In this document: positions 27,375 to 36,419 of the stretch, in pieces
Numbering within the stretch: the first letter of the stretch is position 1
Layout: every line of letters starts with the position of its first letter
Source of the DNA: Gammaproteobacteria bacterium
Lineage (GTDB): Bacteria > Pseudomonadota > Gammaproteobacteria > GRL18
Assembly: GCA_016744995.1 (NCBI GenBank)
Contig: JADGDG010000001.1
Coordinates: 38,011 to 102,010, forward strand
Reading direction: 5' to 3'
DNA length: 64,000 bases
The notes under the pieces: model-generated
What the model was told of the DNA's origin: nothing
What the model saw: the letters and a program-made list of their open reading frames with translations, nothing else
The model's database searches: none
Program-made: the position numbers and the translations under genes

Positions 27375-27890
27375 AATCTGCCAAGACGTGCGTACTTCGG
27401 TTGTTTTGAAACCTTTTGAGTCACAAAATGCAACACGCCTTATACCTTTCACATTCCTGCTACTAAGTGGCTTTTCAGGATGCCGGTTTTTATCCTTTAC
27501 CCTTCAAACTTCATTAGCGCCCTTGTCTGACGTCTCGGACTGACTAATGTACCCTTCATTCTTCATAGTGCAGTCAGTTGGCTCATGGCGATCACTGCCA
27601 GATGATCCTTCGGTGGTACTGTTTGCAGCCCCTCACCTTATAAACCATGCCGACCTTTTCTATTATCTCCAGGAGACCTGAAGACAAAGAGAACTGGGCT
27701 TGCGTAAACCGACCAGAGCAATATCACTAACCACTCTGGTGAGGGCATGCAGACATTCCCTCTTTTTTACTGTCACCAGTAATTATCGTTACCGATCTCA
27801 CGCAACCGGCTACTTTCCTGCAAGCAGGAAATTGTAAATAAGTTCTAAATTATTAAAGAGCCTGGGCATAACCTTGAGACACTTTTTTCA

Positions 27891-28007
27891 GGCAAAAAAA
27901 ACCCGGATGCCTGGTCAGCACATCCGGGGTTTTACAAATTTGTAATCACTCGGAAGGTGCTTTTTTGCAACCTTCCAGGACTTTTTGAAAGGTTATATTA
28001 TGTTGGA
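27891..28007. repeat. ~115-bp conserved element, copy A (direct repeat of 33243-33357)
   Basis: Shares GGCAAAAAAAACCCGGATGC...GGAAGGTGC-loop-GCAACCTTCC...TTTTTGAAAGGTTA with copy B in the same orientation. Confidence 0.6.
27894..27934. terminator. Bidirectional rho-independent terminator hairpin
   Basis: A8-CCCGGATG-loop-CATCCGGG-GTTTT. Perfect 8-bp GC-rich stem flanked by A- and T-runs. Confidence 0.5.
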
Positions 28008-28415
28008 TGGCTCATGAGAGTCAAACCTGGCTGACAAGGCTTACCTTGTCCAAACATTTTCTCTACTAATAAATGACACAACAATAGATTGGAAACTCTA
28101 TTGGTATTCATTTCATTTTGTATTGTACTTGTCTGATATTTCATAATTCTTTAAGTTTTGTGTTCTATTAAAAGTTTTTAAAAATATGATTTTAAATAAT
28201 GTATTCTGTAATATTTATTGCGTTGATGTTTTTGTATTCTAAACACCTGATTTTTAATGTCAACACTTTTTAGCATTATTCTTGCCATTAACAGCAAGAT
28301 TCTTTCTCTTCTATTTAATATATAGTGCAATCCTTACAAACAATAATTATGTTTATTTATAAAAACTGCACTAATGCAAACACAGAATGACTTTTCATTC
28401 AAATAAATGAGCCCA

Positions 28416-29612
28416 TCATCCCTTAACGCAAATGACTTGTCGCAGTGTATGTACCACTTCAACTAAGTCACTTTGATGTTCCATTACCTCATCAATATCT
28501 TTATAGGCGCCTGGAATTTCATCAATAACTCCCTTGTCTTTACGACACTCAACACCTTCTGTTTGTGCCTCCATATCACTTTCATTAAAATGTCGTTTTG
28601 CCTTACCACGACTCATGCGTCGACCAGCACCATGTGAACAGGAGCAGAATGATTCAGGGTTACCTTTACCACGAACAATATAGGACTTATCCCCCATACT
28701 ACCAGGAATGATCCCAAGTTTATCCTCACCGGCATCTATCGCTCCTTTACGAGTCAGATAAACTTCTTCACCAAAGTGGTTTTCCAGTGACACATAATTG
28801 TGGTGGCAATTAATCACTTCTTTGGTCACACCAAATTTACGCAGTTTCTTTCTCAGGGCATCAATAATCAAACGCATCATTTCACGTCGATTATTTAATG
28901 CATAATCCTGAGCCCAACTCACTGCTTCAATATAATGCTCAAAATGCTCAGCACCCTCACTAAAATAAGCAAGATCCTTATCAGGCAGATCCTGAATATG
29001 TCTGCCCATGTCTTTTTGTGCCAGGCGGATAAAATATTGACCAATGACATTACCCACACCACGACTACCAGAATGAAGCATTACCCAGACATCATCATTT
29101 TCATCGATACAAAGCTCAATAAAATGATTACCACCCCCAAGTGTGCCTAATTGGCGAACCCAGGTTTGGTAAGGCTTTTTTTGCATCTTTAATAATTTCG
29201 GATGCTTGCCTATAAGGCTGTCCAGCCCAACAGACAATGCTCGAATTGTCGATGCTCTGGCCTTGTCTGTCTTATGCATATTAAATCCCACTGGAATGGC
29301 ATCCTCAATGGTAAATCGTATGGCCCGTAAATTATCAGGCAAATCATTCGCCTTGATCGACAGGCGTAAAGCATTCATCCCACAGCCAATATCAACCCCG
29401 ACCGCAGCAGGTATAATTGCTTTGTGACAAGGAATTACTGAGCCCACAGTTGCCCCTTTACCATAATGTACATCTGGCATTGCTGCCACATGGTGATGAA
29501 TAAAAGGCAGTTGTGAAATATTCAGTAACTGCTGATAGGCTTCGTGTTCAATATCATCCGTGAAGATTTTTACTGGCACTTTGCCTTTTGTAATTTGTTT
29601 CTTAATTGGCAT
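28416..29612 (-). CDS. rtcB: RNA-splicing ligase RtcB
   Basis: RtcB metal-binding motifs (DVHYGKG, VGVDIGCGMN, HNYV, SHGAGRRMSRG). Confidence 0.8.
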   Translation of the reverse strand: MPIKKQITKGKVPVKIFTDDIEHEAYQQLLNISQLPFIHHHVAAMPDVHYGKGATVGSVIPCHKAIIPAAVGVDIGCGMNALRLSIKANDLPDNLRAIRFTIEDAIPVGFNMHKTDKARASTIRALSVGLDSLIGKHPKLLKMQKKPYQTWVRQLGTLGGGNHFIELCIDENDDVWVMLHSGSRGVGNVIGQYFIRLAQKDMGRHIQDLPDKDLAYFSEGAEHFEHYIEAVSWAQDYALNNRREMMRLIIDALRKKLRKFGVTKEVINCHHNYVSLENHFGEEVYLTRKGAIDAGEDKLGIIPGSMGDKSYIVRGKGNPESFCSCSHGAGRRMSRGKAKRHFNESDMEAQTEGVECRKDKGVIDEIPGAYKDIDEVMEHQSDLVEVVHTLRQVICVKG

Positions 29613-29622
29613 AATTTTTTAC

Positions 29623-29880
29623 CTATTCTCTATAATAAGAATGACGCTCAACGCCATCATATCGCCTGGTCTGTAGACAACAATTCTTGAAATCTGCGAC
29701 CAGAACCACAAACACAGGGGTCATTCCTACCCAGTTTTTCACAGAGTTCTTTGTTTCCATGTATTATTCTTGTGCCACGTTTGACCCTTGTTTCAGAGGG
29801 GTATCCTTTGCGGCGTTTACTGGTTATCTCAAAAGGAATATTCCTGATTGATTAAGTTATATTTACTCATGATGCACCTC
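29623..29880 (-). pseudogene. Frameshifted SEC-C zinc-ribbon motif ORF remnant
   Basis: One frame encodes ...[14 protein letters not shown]. The +1 frame continues [14 protein letters not shown] single extra A splits the CxCGSGxxFKNCC SEC-C motif. No start codon for the first frame. Confidence 0.3.
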
Positions 29881-29908
29881 CTGGTGATAGTATTTTCATT
29901 TATATTTT

Positions 29909-31366
29909 CTATGCATATCTGGCGATAGAAAATCCTTGTTTTCTGGCCCAGCGATAAATCACTTCCATTTCAATATCGCTGGCAAAACGATTTCGTAAAC
30001 CGCGTATCTGACAAATAGTTCTACTCAGTGTATGCAATTCAATAGTCAGTAATTTTTGCCTCATTTGAGCCTTATTTGCATAGAGACAATTCTGTAATTC
30101 CATTGTCCATATCGATGTCTTACCCGTAAAACAGGAGCGGGCATAAGATGCAACACAATGGCTCTGTTTTCGCCCTTCAGCAATCAATTCATTACTACTC
30201 AGTAATTCACTGATTGTCCATATTTTCATATTACAATTATTTTCACGGCCTTCTACATAATTATAATCAGCAAACTCAGATTTAACCCACTGTAAATCAC
30301 CACCTCGTAATTCCTTTCCCAATTGTCGATGCCAGATTTCAACCTGCTTCAATAAAGTGTCTGCTGTGCGCCCACGCATAGTGAAATTAGGTTGTGCAGG
30401 ACCTTCTTCTCTGGCAACTCCACGCTCAATAAACACCATACGATTTTCATATTTCTGATCCCATATATAATCCACAATAGGATTATATTGACTGACATCC
30501 AGCATTGGATTGTCAATAAAAAATCGCATCACACTTAAGTTAAATTCATTGTCAGTAAAGACTCGTGCCAACTGAGTTCCAGATACCCCGTCAGCTATTA
30601 TTTTATTTCCACCCAGAGCATGGATCTGTGCCCAACAAAAAGCGGCATTGATCTCATAATGTGCAGGTGCCTGAATAAAATAATGTGCCATTTTCTTAGT
30701 CATTCTGATTGGCAATGAATAAGCGGTACGGATATTTTTTCCCTCTCCAATATGGATATACCATTTCTGAGCATTTACATCGTCTTTATACCAGACTGAA
30801 TCCATAAAAGCAGGCACCTTATATTGGGCGAATAAATAACGTGCCAGAGCCGAAAACTGCCGGGCTGCGTTACGTGTTCCTGGCTGCCACTCCATAACCG
30901 GACGAATCCACCAGGTATAATATTTCACAAAACTAATGATCCCTTTCACATAATCTGTATGAGTGAGCAGCTTTGTATGTTCATCAAGATATAAAAAAAC
31001 ATCTCGTAACAATGATTTATTTTGTGTTGTTTTAAAACCATGACTGATTAGTTTTAAAACATCATTATTCAAATCTTTATATCGAATTTCATTTGCATAG
31101 ATTTTTTGTATCAGGTAATGTTTATTCTCTTCACGCTTATACTGTTTCATTCTTTGTAAGGCAAAGACTTGTTTATAACGTTGCAGTTCATGTTCCAGCT
31201 GAATCTGAGTTTTATTGATATTAGTACTAAAGCCTTGCTGCATACACCATTGCTGATATGCCTCTATGGTATGTAAATTTAAGGCACGAGCATAAGTCAG
31301 TATCGTGGTATTACGATCCTGCTTTTTTTTATTTAATTTATTTTTACGTGCCATTTTCTTTTCCAT
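29909..31366 (-). CDS. PcfJ-like domain protein (485 aa)
   Basis: C-terminal region with HCVASY..C..GKTSIW motif resembling PcfJ-like proteins of conjugative/mobile elements. Lys-rich N-terminus. Confidence 0.4.
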   Translation of the reverse strand: MEKKMARKNKLNKKKQDRNTTILTYARALNLHTIEAYQQWCMQQGFSTNINKTQIQLEHELQRYKQVFALQRMKQYKREENKHYLIQKIYANEIRYKDLNNDVLKLISHGFKTTQNKSLLRDVFLYLDEHTKLLTHTDYVKGIISFVKYYTWWIRPVMEWQPGTRNAARQFSALARYLFAQYKVPAFMDSVWYKDDVNAQKWYIHIGEGKNIRTAYSLPIRMTKKMAHYFIQAPAHYEINAAFCWAQIHALGGNKIIADGVSGTQLARVFTDNEFNLSVMRFFIDNPMLDVSQYNPIVDYIWDQKYENRMVFIERGVAREEGPAQPNFTMRGRTADTLLKQVEIWHRQLGKELRGGDLQWVKSEFADYNYVEGRENNCNMKIWTISELLSSNELIAEGRKQSHCVASYARSCFTGKTSIWTMELQNCLYANKAQMRQKLLTIELHTLSRTICQIRGLRNRFASDIEMEVIYRWARKQGFSIARYA

Positions 31367-31423
31367 TAATTAATTCAGGTCTAAATATTTTTAAACCTGA
31401 ATTAATCCCTATACATCAATTTA

Positions 31424-32578
31424 TTAATCCGCATTCACTTTGATTCGGACTGTATCTTTTAGAATACCTTCCAAACCACCGAATACAGTTAATTTGTCAA
31501 TTTTTTCAGTGACTTTTTCCAGAACTTCCAATTCTTTCAAACGCATCAAAGTCGGGTTGTCATCCATCAAACGTGCAGTGTTCAACAGAGAACGTGTTGC
31601 CGCTGTTTCTTCACGTCGTTTGATCACGTTGGCCTGTGCTACTTTTTCTGCCGCCACTACCTGGTTCAATATATCTTTCATTTCACCGGGTAGAATGACA
31701 TCTTTCACACCGACACTTCGCACTTCAATTCCAAACTGTGTAATTTTTTTATGTACTAATTCAAAAATTACTGCATCCATTTCATTCTTGCTTCCTAACA
31801 AAGAATCTAAAGTACGTACACCCACAACCTGACGCAAAGCAAACTGGAGCTCACGGTAAATATAGTCTGTGATATTCAGCAACTTGCTTCGAGCAGTTAC
31901 TGGCTCAGTGATCTGGTAATGTGCAGACAAGTTAATACGCAAGCTGACTTTATCTTTAGTCAGGATCTCCTGACCTTGAACTTCCATCACTTGCAAACGT
32001 AATTCAACCTGTTCAACTTTCACTGTACGGTTAAACTTCCAGTAAGCATGTATTCCAGGTTTTAACTGTTGTACTAACTTACCATTAACAATTAACAGTC
32101 CGATATGATCATCAGATACTTCACAGGCATATACTGAATTAACCACTTCACGTGACATTGAAGTCATACGAGCATTGCTAATCAAACCAACCAGTTTTTC
32201 AGGTATGGTAAAATCCTGCTCAATATCCAGCACTTCAATTTTCACATCAACTGGATCTTTCCAGTACAGTTTTCGAGTACCAGGGGATAGAACACCGCTT
32301 AACTGACCATTTTTATAAACCAGTCCCACCTTGTGCTCACCCAAATCGATAAACTGAAAATACTTATCCACTAATTCTCGGTTTTCTTTTACCAGCACAT
32401 CTAAGTACGGGTAATTAAATTCCGGCACTGTCAAGTCATGAACCTCAATCATCACTCGATTTAATAAATTGAATTGATGATAGATGCCCGGTTCAAGGAT
32501 CTTGGCAATGCTGCGATCTTTTATGTACACACCACGTTCATGTTGTGCAATCACAATACGTTTCAATCCGAACATCAT
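31424..32578 (-). CDS. SPFH/band-7 (stomatin/prohibitin-like, slipin) family protein
   Basis: Central SPFH core (VDVKIEVLDI...AVIFELV...GIEVRSVGVKDVILPGE) and coiled-coil C-terminus. No NfeD partner adjacent. Confidence 0.7.
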   Translation of the reverse strand: MMFGLKRIVIAQHERGVYIKDRSIAKILEPGIYHQFNLLNRVMIEVHDLTVPEFNYPYLDVLVKENRELVDKYFQFIDLGEHKVGLVYKNGQLSGVLSPGTRKLYWKDPVDVKIEVLDIEQDFTIPEKLVGLISNARMTSMSREVVNSVYACEVSDDHIGLLIVNGKLVQQLKPGIHAYWKFNRTVKVEQVELRLQVMEVQGQEILTKDKVSLRINLSAHYQITEPVTARSKLLNITDYIYRELQFALRQVVGVRTLDSLLGSKNEMDAVIFELVHKKITQFGIEVRSVGVKDVILPGEMKDILNQVVAAEKVAQANVIKRREETAATRSLLNTARLMDDNPTLMRLKELEVLEKVTEKIDKLTVFGGLEGILKDTVRIKVNAD

Positions 32579-32894
32579 TACTACTCCTTTTTTAACTTCT
32601 AAATAACTAAATATGAAAAATTCTCCACACGCTCATTGCGGGGAATAATATTAAGCTGTCATAAGTTTTAAGTGACAACAGGTTTAGTTTTAATTTCCAT
32701 GACGGTTTAAGCAATCAGCCATTGAAAAATAACATTCAACCTGTCTGTCTAATTAATAACCTTTAAAACTACTGACAGATAATTATTACACCGCAGGCAA
32801 TCAGCATGCTGTCACATAAAATGTGCATCACTCACCTGATGTACAATCCAGATCAGCCAATTCCATTTATGTCACTGGAGTATTTTCCTTTTTA

Positions 32895-32945
32895 GGTGGT
32901 ATTATCACCCGTATGCGGAGTCGAACCGCGTGGCTTTCGCCATTA
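32895..32945 (-). pseudogene. tRNA 3'-fragment (T-arm GCGGTTCGACTCCGC plus downstream acceptor-like segment)
   Basis: Canonical T-arm without a matching 5' half. Confidence 0.35.
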
Positions 32946-32981
32946 CCAATCACAGCCATTATTTTATCAATAGGAGCTGTT

Positions 32982-33054
32982 GAGAAAGAGTGGGAGTTGA
33001 ACCCACGCCAGACCAATTATGAGTTGGTTGCTCTACCCACTGAGCTATCTTCCA
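32982..33054 (-). tRNA. tRNA-like gene, anticodon CAT (Met/Ile2 family), U1xU72 mismatch, no encoded CCA
   Basis: Good D-arm, anticodon arm (ACCAA-CTCATAA-TTGGT) and T-arm (GTGGG-TTCAACT-CCCAC). The acceptor stem is unpaired at 1:72. Confidence 0.4.
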
Positions 33055-33242
33055 CTAGGCAATTGACTATTTACGGTTTTGTATACACCTTGCAATTTCA
33101 GCCTCAGTGCACAGGTCAGGCATACTGAGCCTGAACCGCTAAACCAATAAATATTTTCAAGTGCTTCTGAATTGCATGTCCTTAATTCAAGAAATAAAAC
33201 ACACAATCGCAATTCTTATTACTTACTTCTAATTAAAAAAAA

Positions 33243-33357
33243 GGCAAAAAAAACCCCGGATGCTTAATACGCACCCAGGGTTCTACTGTTCAGTATTTCC
33301 AGGAAGGTGCCTATTTCAGCAACCTTCCACACATTTTTGAAAGGTTACATCATCACA
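33243..33357. repeat. ~115-bp conserved element, copy B
   Basis: See copy A. The second hairpin GGAAGGT-loop-ACCTTCC followed by TTTTTGAAAGGTTA is conserved. The first hairpin is degenerate in this copy. Confidence 0.6.
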
Positions 33358-33691
33358 TAACTATTTTTTTCAGCTTCAAATGAAGGCAAAAAAACGCTTG
33401 CGAGTTCATTTGTATACTGCCTATTTTGTGTGTTAGTCAGATGTATCATAATTTTCCGTATCTCTTTCAAAAAGTTTAAATAATTTTTTAAAGCAGTCTT
33501 TTAAATGAACATGACTTGCTTTAATGATGGCTATTCTATACCTATATTTTTCAATGTCAACAATAAATGGCAAGTTTCTTGCCCTTTATTGGCAATTATC
33601 TTTCTTTTTATTTTTAAAAGTTTATTTTCATTTTATTTCAATCAGTTATATAATTACTCAATTCTAGACAATTTTATTTTTAGGTATTGCC

Positions 33692-34300
33692 ATGAGTCGA
33701 AAAATCACAACTAACGAACATAAAAAAATTGTCGGCGAACGGATCCGACAAGCCCGGCAGATGGCTGGATTTAATACCATTGCATCACTGACTGAATGCT
33801 TTCCTGATTGGAGTGAGCGACGTCTGGGTAACTATGAAAATGGTACTTCCCTTCCCAACCCATTAGATATTTTACGTATTTCAAAAGAAACAAAAACCAG
33901 CCCTTGCTGGATCACCTTTGGCATTGGCAGTATCCGTTCTTCTGACAGAGACTTACAGGCTATCCGGTATCAAAATTTTTCTCATCTGTATGAAAAAATG
34001 AATAAGTCGGAACAATTAGAGCTGAGAAAGGCAATTAAGTTAAAACCCAAAGAAGTAAATCATCATCTGGACAACCCTTATTTCAAAATCACAGAGACAA
34101 TGTGTTATAAAATTGAGCGTCACTTGAAAAAATCTAAAGGCTGGATGGAGCAACAACATGTTGAAATGGATGGTTTATGTGATTTCTTTCCTGAGGATGT
34201 GAAAGAATTATTATCAATTTATTCTAATCTGGATAGCGATGCTCGTGCCATGTTATTAGATATATCTCGTACGGTGAAAACTTATAAAAAGAAAGATTAA
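33692..34300 (+). CDS. XRE-family HTH transcriptional regulator with C-terminal unknown domain
   Basis: N-terminal HTH (IGERIRQARQMAGFNTIASL...). Confidence 0.45.
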   Translation: MSRKITTNEHKKIVGERIRQARQMAGFNTIASLTECFPDWSERRLGNYENGTSLPNPLDILRISKETKTSPCWITFGIGSIRSSDRDLQAIRYQNFSHLYEKMNKSEQLELRKAIKLKPKEVNHHLDNPYFKITETMCYKIERHLKKSKGWMEQQHVEMDGLCDFFPEDVKELLSIYSNLDSDARAMLLDISRTVKTYKKKD

Positions 34301-34370
34301 CATCATTCTTTAAGTACCTTTTAGGTGAAGTCATTCACCTGATTTTGATGACCATCCTTAACTCACGAGT

Positions 34371-35279
34371 TTACCGGCTAATTATATTCAGTATTTCTTC
34401 CAATTTTCTAACCGCTTCTGTTCCCTCATCAGCACTAGCTGATACACAACCATCAAGCGAACCATAATGGTGCTCAAGGCAATTCAATAGCAGCTGCCTG
34501 ATAGCGCGTTCATTCGGTTTTTGTTGTAACAAGCTGGTCAGATAAAGTTCTTCTAAATGCTTCTCTTTGTTATTGAAGAATTCTCTTAACTGAATTTTAG
34601 TCCATTCACCCCGACGAATTGATTTGAGCTGTTCACGATTTCTTGTTAAATCCAGATCACCTTCATTCAGGATCATTTCCACTTCAGAAATTAATCGGAC
34701 AACATGATAGGCAAACTTTGTTGAATAACCATGCTTATCATAATCAGCTCTTCGTTCAGTTCCTTCCTGCGGCACTGAATGTTCTGCTTTATGCAATTGT
34801 GCATAGCTATAACCTTTGAATTTATGCCATGCACCTTTATGTAAAAATAGTTTTCGATTTTCTCTGACCAGCTCTCCAACCTGAGTGGAATATAAAATGC
34901 AACGCCTGGGTACAAAAAGTGAATCAATCATGTTGGGATTGTTTTCCATACACAATTGAAAATATTTGACGATGGAATAAATTGTAAAATCATATTCCTG
35001 TGCTTTTTTCCCTGATGAGGATGTATCAAAAACATGATGCTGCTGATATTGTTCAAATCGTTTAGCCTGAGTACCAAAGCCAACAATTTCTCCTCTCGTA
35101 TGTGGAAAAACATCTTCTCGATTTGGAATACAAAAGCCATAAACATCCATATCAGAGCTATCATTAGAAACACCATAGGCCACCGAGCCCATCACAACTT
35201 CCATTTGAATGGCATTGGCTAGAAATTTAGGTGGTTTAATGAGTTTTTTCTTAACTAATTGTTGTATTGTGCTACTCAA
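34371..35279 (-). CDS. Pol-beta superfamily minimal nucleotidyltransferase, paralog of the 24731-25516 gene
   Basis: MGSVAYGVSNDSSDMDV (GS-x3-G-x5-SDxDV) near the N-terminus plus a C-terminal helical domain. Same architecture as the other NTase. Confidence 0.45.
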   Translation of the reverse strand: MSSTIQQLVKKKLIKPPKFLANAIQMEVVMGSVAYGVSNDSSDMDVYGFCIPNREDVFPHTRGEIVGFGTQAKRFEQYQQHHVFDTSSSGKKAQEYDFTIYSIVKYFQLCMENNPNMIDSLFVPRRCILYSTQVGELVRENRKLFLHKGAWHKFKGYSYAQLHKAEHSVPQEGTERRADYDKHGYSTKFAYHVVRLISEVEMILNEGDLDLTRNREQLKSIRRGEWTKIQLREFFNNKEKHLEELYLTSLLQQKPNERAIRQLLLNCLEHHYGSLDGCVSASADEGTEAVRKLEEILNIISR

Positions 35280-35499
35280 AAAAACATTCCTTTTAATATT
35301 TCCTTAGAGAATTTATTTTATAGACAGATTCACTGGGCCAGTAAAAATATCAGTTTAAGTCGTGCTATTTAATCAACCTTAAAAGAAATATTGTAATTGT
35401 AAGCATGATTAAAAAATGATCCTCTTTCACCAAAACTTATAACCTTTTTTAATAACTGCTAAGACTTAGCGAGCAATCCATGACTTTATTTAGACATTT

Positions 35500-36186
35500 T
35501 TAATTTTCATACCATTGCATCGGTTCTGGCAATTTCATTGCTGAATACTCAAGGTGAATGATCCTGCGATGCTTTGGTTCTATTGCTTTTCTTGATGAGT
35601 GAAAAAGTAAAGGATTCATAAGAAGAATATCACCTGGGTTTGCATTGCAGTTAATTATTTCTGAATTTTCTACAATGTCCATTAATTTGCCTGATTTTAC
35701 TCTGCCATCACTATGAGAACCAGAGACAACTCTAAGAACACCATTTTTCTCATTTGTAGGATCAAGATGTATTCTCAGGGTTAAAATTGATGCAAGATAT
35801 TTTTCTGGTGGCTCTACATGAGGCACGCCTTGTTTTTCTCTCCATTTGTTAAAACCCGGCATTTTTATTTTTTCTTTAACAACTATTGAAGTATCCTGAT
35901 GCCAGGCGACATTCCAGTTTGCTTCTGGAACTTTATCAAAAAAAACTGAGCGAATTGGTTTTGCCTGCTCACCCAGAACCTCTTTTGCTATCTGTAGAAG
36001 CAGTAATGACATCGCTAAATTTTTTACATATGGCACTTTATCCATTAAGTTACGAATGCCGTAATTATTGATTTCGTTATTAAATACACTCATTTCTTTA
36101 ATTAACGAAGCAACTTCATTTTCACTAAGGGCATTCTGAATTAAATGGTATCCATTTTGTTCATATTGTAAATTCATCAGCAGCAT
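35500..36186 (-). CDS. PhyH-family Fe(II)/2-oxoglutarate dioxygenase
   Basis: WHQD..., HxD...H facial-triad spacing and a C-terminal RxS motif typical of phytanoyl-CoA dioxygenase-like proteins. Confidence 0.55.
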   Translation of the reverse strand: MLLMNLQYEQNGYHLIQNALSENEVASLIKEMSVFNNEINNYGIRNLMDKVPYVKNLAMSLLLLQIAKEVLGEQAKPIRSVFFDKVPEANWNVAWHQDTSIVVKEKIKMPGFNKWREKQGVPHVEPPEKYLASILTLRIHLDPTNEKNGVLRVVSGSHSDGRVKSGKLMDIVENSEIINCNANPGDILLMNPLLFHSSRKAIEPKHRRIIHLEYSAMKLPEPMQWYEN

Positions 36187-36419
36187 CCAAGTTTATAATT
36201 TTTCCAGATTAGCCAAATACTCACGAGCGGTTTTCTTACCTCATTTCTAACTGACCACTGGGCAATTTCAATAATTTTCCGGTATAAATAGTAGCCTCAC
36301 CTTTTACTGATGAAGCGGTCAAAATAACTATACTACTACACTTCTCAAAATGATGGGAAATTTAGCAGCACAACAACAATTGAAAATAGTTTTAGATATT
36401 AATGAAAATAGTCTCTTAA

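Noticed and set aside
26826-27380. tmRNA (ssrA) hypothesis for the ORF-free region with a 3' tRNA-like domain
   Set aside because: The tRNA-like element is a complete cloverleaf with its own D and anticodon arms. No tag-peptide reading frame and no 5'/3' acceptor pairing typical of tmRNA were found.
32823-33128. 101-aa ORF spanning the tRNA fragments
   Set aside because: It overlaps tRNA-like sequence on the opposite strand and has no RBS. It is a spurious ORF.
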